This document shows, piece after piece, positions 56,651 to 64,000 of a stretch of DNA of 64,000 bases (position 1 is its first letter; every line of letters starts with the position of its first letter). Position numbers and translations under genes: made by a program. The DNA comes from Salpingoeca rosetta. Its lineage: Eukaryota > Protista > Choanoflagellata. The notes below the pieces were generated by a model that did no database searches, was not told where the DNA came from, and saw nothing but the letters and a program-made list of their open reading frames with translations. The DNA lies in contig JAWQFM010000030.1 of NCBI GenBank assembly GCA_033442325.1, positions 719,855 through 783,854 of the forward strand. Direction: 5' to 3'.

Positions 56651-57078
56651 TTACTGGGTCAAATACGCTACCATATGTCGTTATATGGCTCCTAAGGACT
56701 ACTACGTCACTATACGCTACTCCGTTGAGAAAAATTGTTTTAGTCTTTTATAGGTATTTTTGATATTATCATTCAGCAATCGATGCGATAGCCTAGTTGG
56801 TATCTGGTCGGGCCTCCTAAGCCTTGCACTCGGATGACACTGGTTAAAATCCTCAGGGGTTTTTTCAAGGTCAGCGGGTTGGTACGGACAAAGCCTGATG
56901 GTACTGGATCTCTGCTAAAGCGAAGAGAGCTACATGGCTCTGCCACACGAGGGTTTCCTCTAGGTACTGCCTGCATATGCAGGTGGCCTCGGAGTAATAC
57001 TTCCTGACTGTGGGGCTTGGCAGGACTCTGTTCAACCAAGGCATGTTGCATTGATTGTTACACCACCACAGCGTTTGT

Positions 57079-57196
57079 TGTGGCTGTAGTGGGCTCTGGC
57101 CAAGCCTGCTGCAGTCTACGGCGGCGGTGTTGGGGGTGGCCACCACAGCGCTTGCTGTGGCTGTAGTGGGCTCTGGCCAAGCCTGCTGCAGTCTAC
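57079..57196. repeat. Direct repeat of ~41 bp (77-bp spacing)
   Basis: tgtggctgtagtgggctctggccaagcctgctgcagtctac at ~57079 and ~57156. Confidence 0.9.
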
Positions 57197-57317
57197 AGCA
57201 ACGGTGTTGGTGGTGCTTCCAGCCATGCTGGGGTGTGTGAGTGGCTTGCCTGCTCATGCGCCATGGCATTGCTGTAAGAGCTTGGGTTTTTGCCCTTTGA
57301 CTTTTTATTCTTTGGCA

Positions 57318-60260
57318 TCACGTCTTAGCCTTCTTCGCCTGTGGCTCAGAGGCAGCAAGCTTCTCCAGCAAAGGATTGGGCAGGACAAAGTCAAAGGTAA
57401 GCGACACAGAGTACAAGGGGTTCTCTGCGTTGACGGTGTTGCTGTTGAGGATGCGTCCGGCAAAGTCTGTGAGGAGGATGTCGAGGCTGCGCGTGCGGAT
57501 GGTGCTGGTCGTGTTGATCACATGCTCTGTGGGATTGTCTGGCTGGTAGAGGATCTCGTACATCTTGTGGTCGCGCCCCTCCACCACGCGCGAGAAGATG
57601 TTGGAGCGCTGCGTGCGGTCATCGATAAACTCAATCACGCGCGCGGCCTGCCCATTGGAGAGGAAGCTCTGCACTGGGATGTTGCGCAGGTGCACACACA
57701 TACCTCCCTTAAAGTCAAAGGGCTCGGGGATGGCGTTGCTGTCGTAGCTCGTGCCTGAGCTGAACTGCAGCCAAGACACATCCTCTTTGCTGTGCCCGGG
57801 GACATAGAAGCCCATCATGCTGTAGAGCTGGTTCAGGTACAGGTACACGCCCTTGTACTTGTTGCTGCCATCTGCCAGGTGATCGCTCGCGCCGGCAAAG
57901 GCCAGCATGTCTGTGCTCGTGTCGGCGTGGAAGGGCTCATACCCGGGTGGGAGCGGCACCCTGCCCAGCGTGCCCGTGTAGGTGACCAGCGGTGTCGACC
58001 CGCGCAGATTCATGGCGTGGTACACAACGGGCTGCACGGTCGTCACGACATCCCCCAGCTTGCTGTCATAGTGCACCGCAGCATTCAGCGGCGTGGTGCG
58101 CGCGCCCGTGTCGTAGGTGTACGTGCCGACGGGCAAGGCAATGACCACGTTATCCACGCCCGCCTCCTTGGTGAAGCGAATGCGCCATGTGATGCTGTTG
58201 GCGTCGGGAAGTGTGGATTCGCTAATGTCGAGCAGGGCCGCGGGCATGTAGGCGTCGTACCCGGTGGAGGTCCCGCTGCCATTGTCCAAGTAAACCAGCG
58301 TGCTTGCGTGCTGCTTGGAGTGGATGGTTTGTGCTGTGGTCCATGAGAGCTTGTCGGTGACACCACCTGTCTGCACGACATAGGGGAGGGAGCGTGTGGC
58401 GAAGGGCTCACCGAGCTGTGTTTGCGCACCGTGCGAGGCACGCACGGGTAGCAGGTAGGGCTCCGTCACATCGTTTCGGTTCAGCACATCCTGGTACTCA
58501 CACAGCGCGCGGTGCCACATGGTGCTGCTGATGAGCACGTCAAACTCTGCACCCGCGCCCACATGGCTCACGTCAATGTCCTGGCTGCCAGCTGGGTCCA
58601 CGAAGTAAGACACATCAACGCTGCAGGGGATGTAGCTCATGTCGTCCGCTTGCACCAGGGCCGTTTCCCTGGTGTATGCCGACGCCTCGGTGTTTGCAGC
58701 AACGTCGCCGGAATCCAACCCAAGCGTCCCGTGTGATACCAGGCCCGACGCCGTGGTGCTCTTCTTGTAGGTGTTCTGCTTGACCTCCTTCCACACGGGG
58801 ACCTGAACCGCCGCAGCCGACGCCGGCACCTCACCCAGCTGCGCAATGTCGTCAAACTCGTTCTGCAGAAACACCATGGGCATGTATTCGTCCTCAAAGG
58901 CAATGAGGGTGTCCAATTCACCCACCTCGCCCACGCCATTGCCGTGCTCATCCTCCCACTCGCTGTTGGCGTTGAATATCACGCTCAGCGCGTACTCAGT
59001 ATCGTTGACCTTCGTGCACTTTGCCGTGAAAGTAAACACCTTCTCTGTCATCCCTGTCATGGGCGTGGATAGCGTGAGGGTGGATGCCGTCTTGTCGCGC
59101 ACAAAGGACATGGGGTCGTTCACGGCACTGTTCTGCTTGAACATGGCAAGGTCTGCGTTCGTAAACGTCGTCTGCTGGGATGCAATGGATCGCAGGGTCA
59201 TGCTTGCTCCTCCACTGAGCTTGGTCTGCGTGCTGTCGAGTTCCGGGTGAACGGTGGCCTCCATCGCAGAGACAAACTGAAAGCCCTCCACGGGCTCAAA
59301 CACGTTGAGCGCTGCAAAGGGATAGGCTTGCTTGTGCCCGTACTGCTCCGTGATGGTGTATGCCGTGTCCTTTGCAATGAGACCAATCACCACCATGTAG
59401 CGGCTGTTCATGGCGCGCGGGTTCGTGGAGGGGGTGCTGTCCTGCGTGACGAGGAGCGGCATGCCCGCAGTCAGGCTTGTCGCGTCCCCTGCACCAGCCG
59501 TCTCTGGCAGCGGCAGCGTGTTGTAGGCGTTTGTGGCCGTGGACAACCACGCCAGGTTCAGGGATTCAAAGGCGTCGGTCCAGCTGATGCTGGCGTTCTT
59601 GATGTTTCGCGTGAGAGCAATGTCACCATCCAGCGCCTTGAGCTCCACCCACGCAGTGTCGTCCTCTGTGATAATGTTGTTCCCGCTCGACTTGGCGTAG
59701 GTATCGATGTTCGACGCCCGATCGCTGGCATCCGTAAACACAGCCAGGCTGTCCGCCACCACAGGATCGCTGATGGTCACCGTACTCGTCGTGGTCGTCA
59801 TGCTGATCTTGAAGCTGTCGTTGTCCTGCGTGCTCGTGATGGAGTCTGTGAACACGACGTCAAACTTGACATTCTTGCCCGTGAACAACTCCGACACGGC
59901 AAGCTTCTCATTCAGGCTCGTCTCGATGGCGCTGGCCAGCGTGTCACCGTTGTAGTAGCCCGGCGCCACCTCTCCCTTGAGCACGGTCCCGCTGCTCGTG
60001 GTTCCAGCGGTGTCATAGCCAACAGGTGGCGCATCGTTGCTGTCGTAGTTCACAATGACAGCCCACTTGTTGTTATCCTCCGTCACGGAGTACACCTCCG
60101 CAGACACGAGGAATCTCGCGCGCTTGAGTGAAACGCGGGAGCCCGGCGCGAGCAGGAGCTCCGTCGCAGTTGTGGATGTGAACTGTGATACTGGTCCAAA
60201 CACACTCCCTCGCGGCTGGGCGAGGCCCGCCGACATGTTCTCCACCGTCACAAGCGGCAT
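57318..60260 (-). CDS. Penton/minor capsid-like protein (single jelly-roll) with very large central insertion (980 aa)
   Basis: N-terminal SQF...LLL..GSRVSL...YSVTEDNN...VAPGYYNGDTLASAIETSLN and C-terminal LYQPDNP...IRTRSLDILLTDFAGRIL...SVSLTF follow the pattern of Polinton/virophage minor capsid proteins. AATAAA on minus at ~57303. Confidence 0.7.
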   Translation of the reverse strand: MPLVTVENMSAGLAQPRGSVFGPVSQFTSTTATELLLAPGSRVSLKRARFLVSAEVYSVTEDNNKWAVIVNYDSNDAPPVGYDTAGTTSSGTVLKGEVAPGYYNGDTLASAIETSLNEKLAVSELFTGKNVKFDVVFTDSITSTQDNDSFKISMTTTTSTVTISDPVVADSLAVFTDASDRASNIDTYAKSSGNNIITEDDTAWVELKALDGDIALTRNIKNASISWTDAFESLNLAWLSTATNAYNTLPLPETAGAGDATSLTAGMPLLVTQDSTPSTNPRAMNSRYMVVIGLIAKDTAYTITEQYGHKQAYPFAALNVFEPVEGFQFVSAMEATVHPELDSTQTKLSGGASMTLRSIASQQTTFTNADLAMFKQNSAVNDPMSFVRDKTASTLTLSTPMTGMTEKVFTFTAKCTKVNDTEYALSVIFNANSEWEDEHGNGVGEVGELDTLIAFEDEYMPMVFLQNEFDDIAQLGEVPASAAAVQVPVWKEVKQNTYKKSTTASGLVSHGTLGLDSGDVAANTEASAYTRETALVQADDMSYIPCSVDVSYFVDPAGSQDIDVSHVGAGAEFDVLISSTMWHRALCEYQDVLNRNDVTEPYLLPVRASHGAQTQLGEPFATRSLPYVVQTGGVTDKLSWTTAQTIHSKQHASTLVYLDNGSGTSTGYDAYMPAALLDISESTLPDANSITWRIRFTKEAGVDNVVIALPVGTYTYDTGARTTPLNAAVHYDSKLGDVVTTVQPVVYHAMNLRGSTPLVTYTGTLGRVPLPPGYEPFHADTSTDMLAFAGASDHLADGSNKYKGVYLYLNQLYSMMGFYVPGHSKEDVSWLQFSSGTSYDSNAIPEPFDFKGGMCVHLRNIPVQSFLSNGQAARVIEFIDDRTQRSNIFSRVVEGRDHKMYEILYQPDNPTEHVINTTSTIRTRSLDILLTDFAGRILNSNTVNAENPLYSVSLTFDFVLPNPLLEKLAASEPQAKKAKT

Positions 60261-60314
60261 GGCTTGTAAAAAATACTGGTATCAATTGGTCAAGGGGAAA
60301 ATGATCATCTTGGT

Positions 60315-60779
60315 TTACTTTAGGCCACGAGTGTTGAAGAGCAGGTTTGGATCAATGTCAACGTTGCTCACAAGGTAACCACGCAGCTTGGCAACATGTG
60401 TCTGGTTCTTCTTACGACCGCGCAGCTGATCAAGCCCAGATTGTTTGTAGACTTTGTTCACCTTGATCCTGTCCTGCACATTGCACTGCGCGCGCTGCAC
60501 CTCCTTGTGCTTGCCGCGCGTGGTTCGTTTCTCATCCCTCATCATAAGTTCTGCCTCTCGCTTCTGCCACACGTCCATCGGGGGAACAGGGTTGTAGTGC
60601 AGCTCGCTGAGCGGGACCCCAACGAGCGGGGATGGGTCGTTTGGCTTCAGCCGCTCTTTCGGCTTAACAGACGACGCAGGCTTCGAAGAGCAACATGTGC
60701 CAATGTCGACAAGCAGGCTGCCGTAGGTTCCTGTTGCCTTACGACGCGCGCTTCCCTTCTTTGTGTTGTGCTTTGCCAT
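60315..60779 (-). CDS. Small basic viral protein (possible core/DNA-condensing protein)
   Basis: Lys/Arg-rich ORF starting MAKHNTKKGSARRK, packed between neighbouring genes. The start is uncertain. Confidence 0.55.
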   Translation of the reverse strand: MAKHNTKKGSARRKATGTYGSLLVDIGTCCSSKPASSVKPKERLKPNDPSPLVGVPLSELHYNPVPPMDVWQKREAELMMRDEKRTTRGKHKEVQRAQCNVQDRIKVNKVYKQSGLDQLRGRKKNQTHVAKLRGYLVSNVDIDPNLLFNTRGLK

Positions 60780-60873
60780 TGCCTTGGCGCTGTGCTTTGA
60801 CTTGGTCGGAAAGACGAGATCTGCTGTTGATGCTGTACGTGTAGATCCACGCTTTTGAACCGCAGCTCCAGCA

Positions 60874-61935
60874 TTACTGCGCCGAGTCTTGTTCATCAAT
60901 GCCGTCAATCTGCCTGCGAAGCCGCTTGATCTTGTTGAGGATGAGTTTGCGCTTCTGTCGAAGCTTCTTTCGTGCACTCAGGGATTTGAAATGTGGTCGG
61001 GTCCGCTGAAGGAGGTCCTGTACAGCAAATGGATTTCGCTGAGGGCTCAGGGCAGATTCGCTGTTGCCGAAGTTCAGCTGCAGGGCATATGTGACTGTGC
61101 TTGCTGTTGTGAGCTCTGTCCGGTCCAGTGGTAAATCACGCGATTCGTATGATGGGACCGCACATCTGCGCACGCTATCACCGTCCACGCTGTGAGCCTG
61201 CACGGCAAGGTATTCCAGGAGCTTCCTGTGCGTGACGCGGTACCCGTTTCCCCAGTCGCCAGTGGATGATAACAATTTGGCCATCGCAAACGTGGACATG
61301 GTGTGGAACCCAATCTGAAGCATGTGTGGTGATCCAAACTGGAACTGAAGGGACACTGCCGCTCGCTTATTGAATAGAGGGACCCAGTTGGCACCTTCGA
61401 AGGTAACGCGCTTCTCCCAGTTGTTCTCAAACTCGAGAACCACAGGGTTGATGGCGTCGTTGAAGTTGTCAATCGTGTACGGCCACCAGTCCACACCACA
61501 GGCGTGTTTGATGATAATGTTGGCCACCCTCTTGTTCAAGTAAGGCGGATCCTTGAACAGGAAACCCGGATCTCCCGGTCCTGTGAAGATGCATGTCTTG
61601 AGGCTGATGAGAAAGTTGTAATTGTTCAGCGAACGGCCAAAGTCCTTGCGGCGAAGACAAGGCACGACTCGTTGCCGCTTTTGAAGTTCGCGAAAGAGTG
61701 TCTGAACCTCTCGCTTCAGACGAATGCATGATTTGTGGTGCTCCATTGCAACTTGAGCTGTTTCTTCATCTTCTGGATATTCACCAGCTGCAATGAGGTC
61801 CTTCACCACATTCACCTCGTGTTGTAGCTTTGTGAAGCGTTCCTGCACGGTGTCCAATGCAGCATCAATATCTCTTAGATCGCTCGAAACAGAATCGCGC
61901 CTCAGTGTTGGCGGTGGTGAGCTCTGGCATGTCAT
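60874..61935 (-). CDS. Viral hypothetical protein (~353 aa) with N- and C-terminal coiled coils and basic tail
   Basis: Intact ORF, start taken at MTCQSSPP. No recognised domain. Confidence 0.7.
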   Translation of the reverse strand: MTCQSSPPPTLRRDSVSSDLRDIDAALDTVQERFTKLQHEVNVVKDLIAAGEYPEDEETAQVAMEHHKSCIRLKREVQTLFRELQKRQRVVPCLRRKDFGRSLNNYNFLISLKTCIFTGPGDPGFLFKDPPYLNKRVANIIIKHACGVDWWPYTIDNFNDAINPVVLEFENNWEKRVTFEGANWVPLFNKRAAVSLQFQFGSPHMLQIGFHTMSTFAMAKLLSSTGDWGNGYRVTHRKLLEYLAVQAHSVDGDSVRRCAVPSYESRDLPLDRTELTTASTVTYALQLNFGNSESALSPQRNPFAVQDLLQRTRPHFKSLSARKKLRQKRKLILNKIKRLRRQIDGIDEQDSAQ

Positions 61936-62170
61936 GGTTGGTTTTGGATTGGTCTGCTTGGGTGTAGGTGGAACAGGTGTAAATGACACGTGCGTATTCA
62001 TCAGTGTGACAGGTATGAGTAAAATAACAAATGTGTATTGAGCAGCGATCCAGGTCAAATGTAAATGAAACCATCAAGCATGCTTTTTGGCGCCATTCTG
62101 GTATGACCACGCTGAGCATCTGGACATTTGGCGTGAACATCATTTTCTCGATTGACGCAAACCGCTAGAC

Positions 62171-64000
62171 ATGGCGCACCAACCACTAAGAAAACGATCC
62201 AAACATGGTGGCAGGGATGCTGATGCTGCACAACTCCCTGCTCCTCCCACGTTTGCAAGCAGCATACGTTCCGCACAACCACAGACAGTCTATGTGGAAT
62301 GCAATCGTGTCCAATCAGCCAAGGACCTGTTGGATCCAACGACACGGCTGAACGAGGTCACTATGGAGATGAAGGAAAAGCTACCCATCCGTGCGGGAAC
62401 CGCTGTTCAGGCAACGCAGGTCACTGCAAACAGTCGCGGGTCGGGCGATGTCATCGAGGTCGTCAGGAACATGTCGGTCACAATGCGCATTGGCTACTAC
62501 GTTGTGCACAAGCCAGTCAATGGCAGCCTCGTCTACAGCACAGCGCGCTGCTTAAACGGCTTTGAGGGAGGCGGTGTTACCTTCGCCAGAAGCAAGACAC
62601 ACTGCGTACATGTGCAGACGCCAGCAGACACGGACCTGGGCTCTAGCACACCCATCTACCTGACCACTCCAGCAGCCAACGTCAGTGGCACTCCACCCGA
62701 CACAAATGATGGCGGGTCCTTCTACGTCCCGCTGTTCAGTCAGACCACAGCCAGCCTTGGGTGTGCCAAGCTGCTTCCGCTCATGAATACGCAGCTGGTC
62801 AACGGCGAAGCACCAAGCGGGCAGAAGGTGATCGGCTACGAGTTTGGCACGGACGGTGTTGGGATTGTGGGAGCAGCGCACAGCAGCGATGACACGCTCA
62901 TTGCGCCCTACTTCAAGAAGGTCACCCTCACCTTGCCCAAGGGTAACTACAGCCCGACAGATATCACATCCATTCTCAATCGCCAACTCAGCAAGGCGAA
63001 TCCTGTTGTCGTGGAGGACCCGGAGCAACCAGGCACCACCAGCCACCACCTCACATACCCATATCACACGAGCCTCCGCACCGTGTACCGAGGCACGATG
63101 CAGTGCTTCACAGATGAGATTCCGGCCTCTGTCTCTTCTGTCTATGGGATTTCCAGGGACCCAAACAATGCAGAGGGCAAACCTTTACCAATCAAGCATT
63201 GGTATCTTGAGGACACCTTCTCAGCAGGAGGTACACCGTACCCGTACAGCGATTATGGTGCCAAGTTTATTCAGAAGCCCGTTCGACTGGACAAGGACCA
63301 CAGCTACTTCATCCCTTGCATCCTCGGCGGACTAACGCCCGCTTTCTCCTTCGACACGAACAACAGCCGGTTCACCCTCACGGGACTGCACCAGTCCTTT
63401 TCCGAGTCGGACTTTGAGGAGATTGCATACCCAGACTCCCAGGTGATAGAGTCAAACGGGGTGGAGAAGACAAACAGAATCAGCATTGCTGCACAGGCAG
63501 CGCTCGGCGTGGACTACACGCGCGCCAATGGCGCCTTTGAGAAGCAGGACTACGCCAAGCCAACCCAGGCCGATGGCACAGATGCCATGTGCGTTGTTGG
63601 CATGGTAGACCCGAGCATGCCAAAGGCAGGTGCCATCACCCACTGGAATGGCTGCTTCATCCTCAGCTGGTATGAGAACGAGGAGGAACTCGAGTTCTGG
63701 AACGTGCTCGGATTCAGCAACAGCGACGTGGTGGGGAAAGGCCCGCAGCCAAGTTCACACGCCCCTATCGATGGCACCTACCACTACTACACAGCAAAGG
63801 ACCTGTTTGATCAGTGCAAGCAGGCGCGAACAGACGAACGCATCGACGATGCGCTCTTTGCTGGCAGATACCCCAACACGCTTGGCAATACCATCTATGA
63901 GCCGCCATTCCAGCAGACGTTCTCGCTGCAACGGGCATTGAGCGATACGCATAACACTGCACCCTCGGGTACAAACCCACCAATTCCCATGTACCGCGGC
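62171..64000 (+). CDS. Large virion-type protein (second penton/minor-capsid-like paralogue), open at window end
   Basis: Manually translated frame from ATG 62171: MAHQPLRKRSK...VYVECNRVQS...VTLTLPKGNYSPTDITSILNRQL...FSFDTNNSRFTLTGLH...FWNVLGFS...PIPMYRG. No stop was seen in the portions read. It is absent from the ORF track, consistent with lacking a stop in the window. Confidence 0.75.
   Translation, partial: MAHQPLRKRSKHGGRDADAAQLPAPPTFASSIRSAQPQTVYVECNRVQSAKDLLDPTTRLNEVTMEMKEKLPIRAGTAVQATQVTANSRGSGDVIEVVRNMSVTMRIGYYVVHKPVNGSLVYSTARCLNGFEGGGVTFARSKTHCVHVQTPADTDLGSSTPIYLTTPAANVSGTPPDTNDGGSFYVPLFSQTTASLGCAKLLPLMNTQLVNGEAPSGQKVIGYEFGTDGVGIVGAAHSSDDTLIAPYFKKVTLTLPKGNYSPTDITSILNRQLSKANPVVVEDPEQPGTTSHHLTYPYHTSLRTVYRGTMQCFTDEIPASVSSVYGISRDPNNAEGKPLPIKHWYLEDTFSAGGTPYPYSDYGAKFIQKPVRLDKDHSYFIPCILGGLTPAFSFDTNNSRFTLTGLHQSFSESDFEEIAYPDSQVIESNGVEKTNRISIAAQAALGVDYTRANGAFEKQDYAKPTQADGTDAMCVVGMVDPSMPKAGAITHWNGCFILSWYENEEELEFWNVLGFSNSDVVGKGPQPSSHAPIDGTYHYYTAKDLFDQCKQARTDERIDDALFAGRYPNTLGNTIYEPPFQQTFSLQRALSDTHNTAPSGTNPPIPMYRG

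Larger units (their letters stand above)
44541..64000. mobile_element. Polinton/Maverick-like (Preplasmiviricota) dsDNA virus element abutting a telomere; right end beyond window
   Basis: Co-occurring protein-primed PolB, A32-like packaging ATPase and penton-like proteins. Intronless, tightly packed ORFs with no (CA)n microsatellites, unlike the host half. Confidence 0.9.

Noticed and set aside
56680-56706. GACTACT as possible right terminus matching AGTAGTC at 44571
   Set aside because: There is only a 7-bp exact match with weak flanking similarity and no matching TSD, and virus-type genes continue beyond it.
44541-64000. Assignment of any ORF as major capsid protein, integrase or adenain protease
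   Set aside because: No DDE/HHCC, tyrosine-recombinase, adenain or double jelly-roll signature was recognised. These may lie beyond the window or be too divergent to see by eye.

Overview
Eukaryotic (protist) scaffold with two sharply different halves. Bases 1-44083 are host-type DNA: short GT-AG introns full of (CA)n/(TG)n microsatellites, a style I associate with the choanoflagellate Salpingoeca rosetta (inference, not checked). This half holds a Cys-rich/Ig-like single-pass receptor, a TIR/HET-like-TPR-PH gene and an exostosin (GT47) gene. It also holds a run of broken gene fragments (OGDH-E1, FANCD2, UBA1, WD40, a second Cys-rich receptor, GH3 xylosidase), then ~10 kb of gene-poor low-complexity DNA ending in a ~107-bp satellite. 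After a 100-N gap come ~59 copies of the telomere repeat CCCTAA (44184-44540). These are followed directly by >19 kb of intronless, microsatellite-free, gene-dense DNA that reads as a Polinton/Maverick-like dsDNA virus. It encodes an A32-type packaging ATPase, a ~1835-aa protein-primed family B DNA polymerase with putative vOTU and zinc-finger modules, two penton/minor-capsid-like proteins, a repeat fibre-like protein and a candidate SSB. Between the telomere and the first viral gene lie an oligo(T) junction, an AGTAGT motif, an isolated ~130-bp 28S rRNA P-loop fragment, a GNRA hairpin and variant telomere repeats. No integrase, major capsid protein or adenain protease is recognisable within the window, and the element runs off the right edge. 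Main candidate novelty: a telomere-capped or telomere-targeted Polinton-like virus carrying an rRNA fragment at its end. All calls are by eye from motifs; no searches were run.
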